DNA of 24,792 nt from a virus. Its lineage: Duplodnaviria; Caudoviricetes. Both the position numbers and the translations under genes were made by a program. Below, one piece after another: positions 7,126 to 15,309 of the stretch; the stretch's first letter is position 1, and each line of letters opens with the position of its first letter. Below the pieces are notes generated by a model, which had not been told where the DNA came from, searched no databases, and was given only the letters and a program-made list of their open reading frames with translations. Location of the stretch: IMG/VR virus record IMGVR_UViG_3300035037_000345, positions 1 to 24,792 of that record; one strand, 5' to 3'.

Positions 7126-8624
7126 TAGAGCTTGTCCCGGTTGATGACGTGCAACCCAGCACCTATAACCCGCGCAAGGCCGATCCGGCCCGCCTGAAAA
7201 TCATAGAGCTGTCCTTGCGGAAATTGGGCTGGCTCCTGCCCATTTACGCTGACAAAGACGGCGAGATTTTATCAGGACACCAGCGTCATTTAGTGGCAAC
7301 GCGCATGGGTATGACACAGGTGCCGGTCTGTTACGTGCCGCGCATGGACCTGAATGAACGCAAGGCCATAAATGTGGCTTTCAACCGTGGCACCAACGAC
7401 ATGCACCATTCCGATGCGCCCGACACGTTGAAAGAGGCACTGGAACAGTGCGATGTTTTTGAACTTGCCGCCGACATGCCAGACAAGGAAAATTGTTATC
7501 CCTGCATGGAAACAGAGGATACGGATATCAAGCCCTTCCTGGAAAACAACCGGGGCCGCTGGATATCTTATACCCGCAACATTGCCTTTATGTTGCGCAA
7601 GCGCGGGATTACCATGCCGGTCATTGCCACGCGGGATTGCAAGGTGGTCAACGGTATAGGCCGCCTTGAACTGGCTGCCGAAAAAGGCGAAGAGACAATC
7701 CCGGTCGTCTGGATCAGTGAACAGGAAGCATCCCTGTCCCACGCCATGCTGAATTTATTGAGCATGGATTTTGACTTGCACAGCCGTTATGCGGACTTGC
7801 TGCGCTATAACTCTTTCCGGCGCACAAGGCGCGTTCGCCAGTCCCTTGGCTGGGGTTTTGTTTTCGCGCATTATAAAGGTAAGTCCGTCAAGGAATACGA
7901 CGTGACGGAGCCTAAAAACGCGGCAGCTTGGAAACGGACATATGGTTCTGTCGTATTGGACTTCGGGGCCGGGCATTTAACGGAAACGGAAATATTGCGC
8001 TCCATTGGCGTTTACGTTACGCCCTTTGAACCATTTCGTATAGGCCACAACGATGCAATCGACAAAGAGGCCAGCCTTGCGCTCGCCCGTTCGTTCCTGG
8101 ATGATGTTGCGCGCGGCGTCCAATACACGTCGGTTTTTATATCATCGGTGCTCAATAGCGTACCGTTCAAGGAAGACCGGGAACATATCGCTTGTCTTTG
8201 TGCAGCATTGTGCAGCAAAAAAACGCGGCTTTACGCTGTAGCATCATCCCGTTCGCACCAGAACTGGCGCAACATATCCGGCGAACACCAGCTATCCGAC
8301 CGCCGTATCGGGGAATGCGTGTTCCGGCTGGAATATGAAGGCGGCATATCATTGGGCGATTTCCAGGCCCGGCCCAAGGTGCAGAAATATCATTCGCAAA
8401 GGGAATTCTATGAACTGTTCCGTCCATTTTTTAACCGTGTCCAGGTCAAGGAAAAGGCGGCAAACGTGACCGCCATTTGCGGGGACCCGGCTCCCGCTGA
8501 CCCGCAGAAACTCAGGAAAGCTATAGAGTTTGAGTTTGATTTACCGTATCCTGATGGAAGCCGCATGGGACTTGTGAAAGAGGCCAAAGCAGCATACGGC
8601 AAAAGGCTGGGAATTGAATTATGA
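7122..8624 (+). CDS. Two ParB/Srx-like domains fused to a SAM-dependent methyltransferase-fold domain
   Basis: ParB1 YNPRK...ILSGHQRH; ParB2 ITMPVIA...VVNGIGRL; C-terminal VLDFGAGH, FEPF and SVFISSVLNSVPF; ATGA-coupled to both neighbours. Confidence 0.7.
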   Translation: MIELVPVDDVQPSTYNPRKADPARLKIIELSLRKLGWLLPIYADKDGEILSGHQRHLVATRMGMTQVPVCYVPRMDLNERKAINVAFNRGTNDMHHSDAPDTLKEALEQCDVFELAADMPDKENCYPCMETEDTDIKPFLENNRGRWISYTRNIAFMLRKRGITMPVIATRDCKVVNGIGRLELAAEKGEETIPVVWISEQEASLSHAMLNLLSMDFDLHSRYADLLRYNSFRRTRRVRQSLGWGFVFAHYKGKSVKEYDVTEPKNAAAWKRTYGSVVLDFGAGHLTETEILRSIGVYVTPFEPFRIGHNDAIDKEASLALARSFLDDVARGVQYTSVFISSVLNSVPFKEDREHIACLCAALCSKKTRLYAVASSRSHQNWRNISGEHQLSDRRIGECVFRLEYEGGISLGDFQARPKVQKYHSQREFYELFRPFFNRVQVKEKAANVTAICGDPAPADPQKLRKAIEFEFDLPYPDGSRMGLVKEAKAAYGKRLGIEL

Positions 8625-9073
8625 TCGTATTACTGGATTTGAATTTTACCCTTGTCGAAAACAGCAATGAAAAGCTGTCGCCCTTTACGCGGCAAATTGA
8701 CAATGAACGCTATTCCGCGCCGCTTATCAACCTGATCAAGGATCATACCGTTTTGTTGGTTACGGCCCGGCCTGCACAGCACCGCAAGCAAACCCTTGAA
8801 AGCATAAAACTTAAAACCGGCTGGCTGCCGCATAACGCCTGTTTCAACGAATGGCGCATGCCGCCAGCGCAATGCAAGGAGAAAGCCTTGCAAACCTATA
8901 TCTTCCCTAAATACGGGGATGATCCGGCGAACTACCTTGCCATTGAGAGCAATCCCCATACACGGGATATGTATGCCCGGTACGGCATTGCCTCTGTGAA
9001 ACCGGCAGACGCGAAAAACTGTTCCAGTTTTGAAGAACTGAACGTACAACGGCCTGCCGCCGTGAACGCTTAA
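8621..9073 (+). CDS. HAD-superfamily phosphatase-like protein (PNK phosphatase-domain type), degenerate motifs
   Basis: Motif I IVLLDLNFTL, motif II LVTAR, Lys in CKEK, motif IV AIESNP. Confidence 0.65.
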   Translation: MIVLLDLNFTLVENSNEKLSPFTRQIDNERYSAPLINLIKDHTVLLVTARPAQHRKQTLESIKLKTGWLPHNACFNEWRMPPAQCKEKALQTYIFPKYGDDPANYLAIESNPHTRDMYARYGIASVKPADAKNCSSFEELNVQRPAAVNA

Positions 9074-9105
9074 CAGCTAAATCTTTCAGGAAAGGAGGAT
9101 CAGGT

Positions 9106-9762
9106 ATGAAAGTGCCTGACGAATGGACGTTCTTTGACAAGGACGTGGCCAAGTCTTTTGACGCCCATGTGCGTGAACAACTGCCGTGGTATGACCTGTT
9201 GACAGGCTCCGTGGCCCATATTGCCCGGCATTATACCCCGCCGCACGGACTGGTGTACGATATCGGCGCATCCACCGGCAATATTGGCTGCGCCATTGCG
9301 CCGGTTTTGGAAAGCCGGAAAGCGGAATTCATAGCCATTGAAAACAGCCCGCAAATGGCGGAATTATACGAGGGGCCGGGTGAACTTATCATTGAAGACG
9401 CGCTTTCCTATGAATATGAGCACTTTGACCTGGCCGTCTGTTTCCTTGTCTTTATGTTTTTCCCGCCTGCCGCCCGCAAGGCTTTTATCGAGAAGTTGAA
9501 ACAGAAGCTCAATCCAGGCGGTGCCATTATTGTCGTCGATAAATGCGAAGCGGCTTCCGGTTATCCGGCAACCATTCTCTGGCGGCTGGCGCTGGCAAAC
9601 AAGGTCGCCGCCGGTGTCGGCGCGGAAGAAATTATTGCCAAGGAACTAAGCCTTGGCGGTGTACAACGCCCCCTTAATCCGGACATTTTGGGAGATGAAG
9701 CCGTGGAATTTTTCCGGCTGGGTGAATTTGCAGGCTGGGTAATAGACCGAAACAGTTTTTAA
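9106..9762 (+). CDS. CmoA-like (carboxy-SAM synthase family) class I SAM-binding protein
   Basis: WTF...VAKSFDAHVREQLPWYD, VYDIGASTG, IAIENSPQM and LNPGGAIIVVDK parallel E. coli CmoA (WTFDERVAEVF, VYDLGCSLG, IAIDNSPAM, LNPGGALVLSEK); strong AAGGAGG RBS. Confidence 0.8.
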   Translation: MKVPDEWTFFDKDVAKSFDAHVREQLPWYDLLTGSVAHIARHYTPPHGLVYDIGASTGNIGCAIAPVLESRKAEFIAIENSPQMAELYEGPGELIIEDALSYEYEHFDLAVCFLVFMFFPPAARKAFIEKLKQKLNPGGAIIVVDKCEAASGYPATILWRLALANKVAAGVGAEEIIAKELSLGGVQRPLNPDILGDEAVEFFRLGEFAGWVIDRNSF

Positions 9763-9785
9763 CCGTCCAAGTTTCCAGATGAAAT

Positions 9786-10319
9786 ATGGGTTTATCAATA
9801 CGTGGCTATGCAGAACACCGGGGCTGTTCGAAAAGCGCCGTTTCCAAGGCTTTAAAAGAAGGCCGGATTACGCGGGAAAAAGACGGAACCATTGATCCCG
9901 AAAAGGCCGACAAGCAGTGGGCCGCCAATAGTGATCCGGCACAAGTTAAAGCGCAAAAAGCCCGCAAGAAAAAGAAAGCGGCAAAACCTAAAACGCAAAA
10001 CAGCAAAGAGCCGGAATCTGCACAGCCGGAAAATCCGAATACTTATATCCAGAGCCGCGCTATCCGCGAACTCTATGTCGCCCGGTTGCGGAAACTGGAA
10101 TATGAAGAAAAAGCTGGCCAGCTTGTTTCCGTCGATAGGGTAACCGTGCGCTGGTTCAATTTGACGCGACAGTTGCGCGACCAGTTGCTGGCTATTCCCA
10201 ATCGTATTGACGCGGTGGCTGCTGCTGAAACTGACCGTTTTACGGTCAACCAGATCATAGCGGATGAAATTGCCCGTGTCCTTGAAGAGTTTTCAAAATC
10301 CGATCCGATGAAGTTATAA
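9786..10319 (+). CDS. terS: Terminase small subunit (Nu1-like HTH)
   Basis: N-terminal winged-HTH-like MGLSIRGYAEHRGCSKSAVSKAL and helical C-terminus (RDQLLAIPNRI); upstream of the GpA-type TerL. Confidence 0.75.
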   Translation: MGLSIRGYAEHRGCSKSAVSKALKEGRITREKDGTIDPEKADKQWAANSDPAQVKAQKARKKKKAAKPKTQNSKEPESAQPENPNTYIQSRAIRELYVARLRKLEYEEKAGQLVSVDRVTVRWFNLTRQLRDQLLAIPNRIDAVAAAETDRFTVNQIIADEIARVLEEFSKSDPMKL

Positions 10320-10321
10320 CA

Positions 10322-11146
10322 GTGTGGCTTTTCATTCCCCCAAAATATTGTCCTGTTGCGCAGGAGCGGCAGGCCTTGAACTTGGACTCAAACTTGCGCT
10401 GCCTGCCGCAAGAACCGTGTGTTACATCGAGAGGGAAGCCTATGCCGCTGCAATCCTTGCGGCGCGCATGGAAGAAAAAATCCTGGATGAAGCACCTATC
10501 TGGTCTGACGTGCGAACATTCGATAGCAGACCGTGGCGTAAAACAGTGGATATCGTCACTGCGGGATATCCCTGCCAGCCATTCAGCTTGTGCGGAAGAC
10601 GGCAAGCCGCAAAAGACGAAAGACACCTGTGGCCGTCAATCCGGCAGATCATTAAAGAGACAAAACCAAAATTCTGTTTCCTTGAAAATGTCCCAAACCA
10701 TTTACGACTGGGCTTTGAACAGGTCCATGATGACTTACGATCAATGGGTTTCGGCGTTAAGGCAAGCCTGTTCACAGCGGCGGAAGTCGGTGCACCGCAT
10801 AAACGGGAGCGCCTTTTCATCCTCGCCCACGCCAAAGGGGCGGAAAACTGGCTTGCCGATGTGGGCAACCGTGATAAGCCGGGACTGGAAAGACAGCTCC
10901 CCGAACAACAAAGTGCCCACCAATTCCGTGCTTGGCCGCCAGGCCCCACGGAGCATGAACGTTGGCGATCCATCCCAGCTTCGTTTAAACCCGCGCTTCA
11001 CCGAATGGATCATCGGATGGCCGACCGGATGGACAGAATTCACACCTGTGGGAACGGCGTGGTGCCATTGGTGGCGGCATATGCATGGCGCGTTCTTACG
11101 GCTTGTATCGGCCCTGCAAAAGCTTGAACAGGAAACTCTGATTTAA
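10322..11146 (+). CDS. Overlapping alternative-frame ORF: putative beta polypeptide of the C5-methyltransferase (TRD-like segment plus motif IX); true start uncertain
   Basis: Open for 274 codons; WATVISRDWKD (TRD-like) and RLNPRFTEWIIGWPTGWT (motif IX-like, about 10982-11035); stop lies 2 nt before the terL ATG. Confidence 0.65.
   Translation: MWLFIPPKYCPVAQERQALNLDSNLRCLPQEPCVTSRGKPMPLQSLRRAWKKKSWMKHLSGLTCEHSIADRGVKQWISSLRDIPASHSACAEDGKPQKTKDTCGRQSGRSLKRQNQNSVSLKMSQTIYDWALNRSMMTYDQWVSALRQACSQRRKSVHRINGSAFSSSPTPKGRKTGLPMWATVISRDWKDSSPNNKVPTNSVLGRQAPRSMNVGDPSQLRLNPRFTEWIIGWPTGWTEFTPVGTAWCHWWRHMHGAFLRLVSALQKLEQETLI
10324..11127 (+). CDS. DNA (cytosine-5)-methyltransferase, alpha polypeptide (motifs I-VIII and X; no motif IX)
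   Basis: Motif I CAGAAGLELG, motif IV AGYPCQPFS, motif VI FLENV, motif VIII HKRERLF, motif X CGNGVVP; GTG start. Confidence 0.9.
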   Translation: MAFHSPKILSCCAGAAGLELGLKLALPAARTVCYIEREAYAAAILAARMEEKILDEAPIWSDVRTFDSRPWRKTVDIVTAGYPCQPFSLCGRRQAAKDERHLWPSIRQIIKETKPKFCFLENVPNHLRLGFEQVHDDLRSMGFGVKASLFTAAEVGAPHKRERLFILAHAKGAENWLADVGNRDKPGLERQLPEQQSAHQFRAWPPGPTEHERWRSIPASFKPALHRMDHRMADRMDRIHTCGNGVVPLVAAYAWRVLTACIGPAKA

Positions 11147-11148
11147 TC

Positions 11149-13062
11149 ATGCAGCAAACACAGGAAGCCAATTTGGCGCAGGCCTATCTTGACGGCCTGC
11201 GGCCCGACCCCTCTTTGACGGTTTCGGAATGGTCTGACCAGAATCGTTACCTGTCCGGCAAGGCCGCGTCCGAACCGGGGCCGTGGCGCACGGACAGGAC
11301 GCCATATCTACGGGAGATCATGGATTGCCTGTCGCCAAGCTCTGCCATAGAGCGCATTGTCCTGCAAAAGGGCGCACAAATTGGCGGCACGGAATGCGGC
11401 AATAACTGGATTGGTTATGTGATCCATCATACGCCCGGCCCCATGCTGGCGGTTTTGCCAACGGTTGAAATGGCCAAGCGCAATTCCAAACAGCGCATTG
11501 ATCCGCTGATTGATGAAAGCCCGGAGTTAAGACGGCTTGTTAAACCGGCCCGCTCACGCGATTCCGGCAACACGGTTCTTGCCAAGGAGTTTCCGGGCGG
11601 CGTTTTGGTCATGACCGGCGCGAACAGCGCGGCGGGCTTGCGCTCCATGCCGGTACGGTTCCTGTTCCTTGACGAAGTGGATGGTTATCCCGGCGACGTG
11701 GACGGCGAAGGCGACCCGATTGCGCTGGCCGAGGCCCGGACACGGACATTTGCAAGGCGGAAGATATTCATTGTCTCCACGCCGACGATCAAAAATTTCT
11801 CGCGGATCGAACGCGAATTTGAAGCCAGTGACAGGCGCTATTTCATGCTGCCGTGCCCGTCTTGCGGCACTCACCAATGGCTGAAATTTGAACAGTTGAA
11901 ATGGCCGAAAAACCAGCCGGAACAGGCCCGGTATGAATGTGAACACTGTAATGACCTTATCGAAGAGCACCACAAGACATGGATGCTGGAAAACGGCCAT
12001 TGGCAAGCCCATGCGGAAAGCGACGGAAAAACAGCCGGTTTTCACATTTCCTCGCTTTATTCGCCGGTTGGCTGGCGAAGCTGGGTGGAAATCGCCCGTG
12101 CGTGGCTGGATGCGCAAGGCTCTGACGCGGCCATTAAATCATTCAAGAACACTGAACTGGGCATGACCTATCAGGAAACCGGTGAGACGCCAAGCTGGGA
12201 ACGGCTTTATGAACGCCGGGAAAACTGGAAAATCGGAACTGTACCGACGGGTGCCTTGTTCCTGACCGCCGGTGTAGACGTGCAAGCGGACAGGATTGAA
12301 ATGTCGGTTTGGGGATGGGGCCGGGAAAAGGAAAGCTGGCTTATTGAACACCGCGTCCTGGACGGCGATACGTCCCGCCGGGAAGTCTGGCATTCCCTGT
12401 CCTATGTCCTGAATGAATACTGGCCGCACGAAAGCGGCGTGGAATTATCGTTGCGCCGGCTGGCCATTGATAGTGGTTATGCCACGCAGGAAGTCTATGG
12501 CTGGGCGCGTAAACAGGCCAAGGCACAGGTTATGGTCGTCAAAGGCGTCCAGCGCGGTGCAGCCCTGGTCGGGTTGGCAACGGCAGTGGAAACCACAATC
12601 GACGGCAAAAAATTGAAACGCGGCATTCGCGTCCGTCCGGTTGTCGGTGGCCTGGCCAAACTGGAACTATTCAACAACCTGCGCAAAAACCCGCCTACTA
12701 TCGAGTCCGGCGATCCATACCCGGCAGGCTATGTGCATTTGCCGAAAGTGGATGAGGAATATCTCCGCCAGCTTTGTTCCGAACAGCTTGTTACGACGAA
12801 AAACCGGCGCGGTTATCCCGTGCGGGAATGGCAGAAAACACGGGAACGAAACGAGGCGCTGGATTGCTACGTCTATGCCCGTGCCGCTGCCGCCGTCGAG
12901 GGGCTTGACCGGTTTAGCGAACGGCACTGGCGGGAGATGGAACGTTCCCTCGGCCTGGACGAACCGACAAAAACACAAACAACCGTAGACGAAACAGAAA
13001 CCGGCAAACCCGCATCCCACTCGAAAAGACGGCGGGTGCGCAGCCGTGGGGTAAAAATATGA
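11149..13062 (+). CDS. terL: Terminase large subunit, lambda GpA family
   Basis: RTPYLRE, KGAQIGGTE (Walker A), FLFLDEVD (Walker B), STPT, CPSC/CEHC, nuclease motifs GVDVQ, IDSGY and RNEALDC. Confidence 0.95.
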   Translation: MQQTQEANLAQAYLDGLRPDPSLTVSEWSDQNRYLSGKAASEPGPWRTDRTPYLREIMDCLSPSSAIERIVLQKGAQIGGTECGNNWIGYVIHHTPGPMLAVLPTVEMAKRNSKQRIDPLIDESPELRRLVKPARSRDSGNTVLAKEFPGGVLVMTGANSAAGLRSMPVRFLFLDEVDGYPGDVDGEGDPIALAEARTRTFARRKIFIVSTPTIKNFSRIEREFEASDRRYFMLPCPSCGTHQWLKFEQLKWPKNQPEQARYECEHCNDLIEEHHKTWMLENGHWQAHAESDGKTAGFHISSLYSPVGWRSWVEIARAWLDAQGSDAAIKSFKNTELGMTYQETGETPSWERLYERRENWKIGTVPTGALFLTAGVDVQADRIEMSVWGWGREKESWLIEHRVLDGDTSRREVWHSLSYVLNEYWPHESGVELSLRRLAIDSGYATQEVYGWARKQAKAQVMVVKGVQRGAALVGLATAVETTIDGKKLKRGIRVRPVVGGLAKLELFNNLRKNPPTIESGDPYPAGYVHLPKVDEEYLRQLCSEQLVTTKNRRGYPVREWQKTRERNEALDCYVYARAAAAVEGLDRFSERHWREMERSLGLDEPTKTQTTVDETETGKPASHSKRRRVRSRGVKI

Positions 13063-13262
13063 GTGAAGCATTGCAAGCCAAACTGGACAGGGTCCGCAAG
13101 GCTATCGAAACCATTGAAAACAGCGGGCAAAGCGTTTCCTACGAGGGGCGCAATGTTACAAAAGCTGACCTGAAAACGCTTTATGAACGCGAAGCCATGC
13201 TGGAAAAGCGCCTTGCCCGTAAAGGCCGCGGTATCCGTAACAGGGGAGGAACACCGTTATGA
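13059..13262 (+). CDS. gpW-like head-tail joining protein
   Basis: 67 aa between TerL and portal with ATGA overlaps; GQSVSYEGRNVTKADL pattern. Confidence 0.75.
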   Translation: MSEALQAKLDRVRKAIETIENSGQSVSYEGRNVTKADLKTLYEREAMLEKRLARKGRGIRNRGGTPL

Positions 13263-14860
13263 GCCGCAGCAAGATCACATTGCCGGAACCCAACGCCATT
13301 GACCGCGCCGTAGCATGGGTAAGCCCGGAAACAGCATTGCGCCGCCTTAAGGCCCGTGCCGCCATTGCGCTGTATGGCGGCTATACAGGTGCCCGGAAAG
13401 ACCGCCGCCAGACGAAAAACTGGAAACCGGCTGAGGGCAGTGCCGATAACGTATCCCTGCCGGATTTGCCGGAATTGCGGGAACGGTCCCGTGACCTGAT
13501 CCGTAACGCACCGTTGGCAACCGGCGCTATAAAAACCGTCGTGACCAATGTCGTCGGCACGGGCTTGAAAGTTCGCAGCAGTATTGACAGGGATATCCTG
13601 CAAAGTGTTTTGGGTGATGACGAAGACGCCTTTGACGCTTTTGAACGCAGTGCTGAACAAGAATTCAGGCTTTGGGCGTCCAGCCCGGATTGTGAAACCA
13701 CACGCACCCTGACGTTTACAGGCCTGCAATCCCTTGTTTTCCGCTCCGCACTGGAATCCGGCGACACATTTATTCTCAAAAATTTCATCGAACGGCCAAA
13801 CCGCCGTCTTGGCACGGCCTTACAGGTTATCGAGGCGGACAGGGTTGCTAATCCCGGCTTTAAGCCGGATACACCCCAACTGGCAGGAGGCGTCGAAAAA
13901 GACAGGCATGGGGCGCCGGTAGCATATCATATCCTAAAAGCCCATCCGGGCGATTACCGGAATGCCAAAAGCCGGGAAAGCATCCGGGTGGACGCCTTCG
14001 GCAGCGACGGCATGCGGCAGGTTCATCATTTCTTCATGCCCTTGCGGCCCGGTGCCAGCCGGGGTGTTCCGTACCTGGCCCCTGTCATTGAAAGCCTGAA
14101 ACAGCTTGACCGTTATACCGAAGCAGAGATTATGAGTGCCGTCATTTCCGCCATGTTCACTGTCTTTGTAAAAAGTGAAGATCCCGATGGGCTGGGTGCA
14201 ATGGAAGATAGCCATACGCCTGCGTCCCACAAGAATGACAAAGACTTTAACCTTGGGCCGGGGGCAATTCTGGACCTGCTGCCTTATGAGGACGTGCAAA
14301 TTGCCGATCCGAAACGGCCCAACCAATCCTTTGATCCGTTTGTGCTGGCAATACTCCGGCAGGTTGGCGTGGCACTGGAACTACCATTTGAGCTATTGGT
14401 CAAACATTTCACGGCCAGCTACAGTGCCGCCCAAGCTGCCCTTGTCGAAGCATGGAAATTCTTTTGCTCATCCCGCGAATGGCTGGCGCACATGTTCTGC
14501 CAGCCGATATATGAAGCGGTTATTACGGAAGCCGTTGCCCGTGGCCATATCCATGCGCCGGGATTTTTCAGCGATCCGCTTATCCGGCATGCCTATCTCG
14601 GAACGCAATGGATCGGCCCGCCGCGTGGCCAAATTGACCAGCTTAAGGAAGGCAAAGCGGCCCGCGAACGTGTTGACATGGGCATTAGCACATTGGCCGA
14701 GGAAACAGCCAGCCTTACAGGCGGTGATTGGGAGCGCAAACACAAACAACGGGCCAAGGAAATGCGTATGCGCGTTGCCGACGGTCTGGAAACGTCGGAA
14801 ATATCACAATCAGGAAACAGTAACGAACAGGATTTCCTCATAAACAATGAGGACGAATAG
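13259..14860 (+). CDS. Portal protein, lambda family
   Basis: LRERSRDLIRN, NVVGTG, RPGASRGVP, ASYSAAQAAL and QIDQLKE patterns; size and position. Confidence 0.93.
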   Translation: MSRSKITLPEPNAIDRAVAWVSPETALRRLKARAAIALYGGYTGARKDRRQTKNWKPAEGSADNVSLPDLPELRERSRDLIRNAPLATGAIKTVVTNVVGTGLKVRSSIDRDILQSVLGDDEDAFDAFERSAEQEFRLWASSPDCETTRTLTFTGLQSLVFRSALESGDTFILKNFIERPNRRLGTALQVIEADRVANPGFKPDTPQLAGGVEKDRHGAPVAYHILKAHPGDYRNAKSRESIRVDAFGSDGMRQVHHFFMPLRPGASRGVPYLAPVIESLKQLDRYTEAEIMSAVISAMFTVFVKSEDPDGLGAMEDSHTPASHKNDKDFNLGPGAILDLLPYEDVQIADPKRPNQSFDPFVLAILRQVGVALELPFELLVKHFTASYSAAQAALVEAWKFFCSSREWLAHMFCQPIYEAVITEAVARGHIHAPGFFSDPLIRHAYLGTQWIGPPRGQIDQLKEGKAARERVDMGISTLAEETASLTGGDWERKHKQRAKEMRMRVADGLETSEISQSGNSNEQDFLINNEDE

Positions 14861-14900
14861 CAAGAAACGCTCCTTGTTTTAACCTCCCTGTTCAACTCAT

Positions 14901-14930
14901 AAAGGCCGCTTTCGGACGGCCTTTTCTTTT
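14901..14930 (+). terminator. Rho-independent terminator-like hairpin after the portal gene
   Basis: AAAGGCCG-CTTTCGGA-CGGCCTTT followed by TCTTTT. Confidence 0.6.
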
Positions 14931-14964
14931 CCGTTTTTTACAAAGCAAAGGAGGAGGAATCGAT

Positions 14965-15309
14965 ATGCCCGAAGGCGTCATAGCGGCGTACAGCGGCGAC
15001 CAGCATATGCCGGTCCCGGCCCCGCAGTGGGATTATAAAAACGGACAAAAAGTGCCGTTTACCGGCGAAGCAGCATTATCCGCGCCTGTCAATGCGCCTT
15101 TGGTCCGGCTGGTTGCCACGAAAAACTGTTTTTACACAATTGGCGACGACGCAGCAGAAGCAAAAGACGAAGCAGGCAACGCTTATCTCCCTATGGAACA
15201 GAACTGGGCGGAAACCATTACGCCCGGCCAGTACATATCCGTCCTTAGTGACGGTACGGACGGCGTTTTGTTCATCATTCCGGCTGTGACGGAAGGAGGC
15301 GGATCATGA
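14965..15309 (+). CDS. Hypothetical small beta-rich protein in the head module
   Basis: Very strong RBS (GGAGGAGG); ATGA overlap with the S49 gene. Confidence 0.7.
   Translation: MPEGVIAAYSGDQHMPVPAPQWDYKNGQKVPFTGEAALSAPVNAPLVRLVATKNCFYTIGDDAAEAKDEAGNAYLPMEQNWAETITPGQYISVLSDGTDGVLFIIPAVTEGGGS

Noticed and set aside
6499-8624. ParABS plasmid-partition system
   Set aside because: No ParA ATPase and no HTH after the ParB domains; the context beside cos and terminase fits modification-associated ParB/Srx proteins.
9106-9762. Host-like tRNA cmo5U pathway gene cmoA
   Set aside because: No cmoB or tRNA genes nearby and the Arg199-equivalent appears to be Glu, so the symbol was not assigned.
10324-11127. 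C5-MTase as the carboxy-SAM-using partner of the CmoA-like protein
   Set aside because: Motif X keeps the canonical Asn (GNGV), whereas Cx-SAM use is linked to a basic residue there (as in M.MpeI N374K); it is also separated from the cassette by terS. Unlikely but untested.
10324-11146. Frameshifted pseudogene or complete restriction-modification system
   Set aside because: Both frames are uninterrupted and motif X returns in the alpha frame, which a single frameshift cannot explain; no cognate endonuclease is adjacent.
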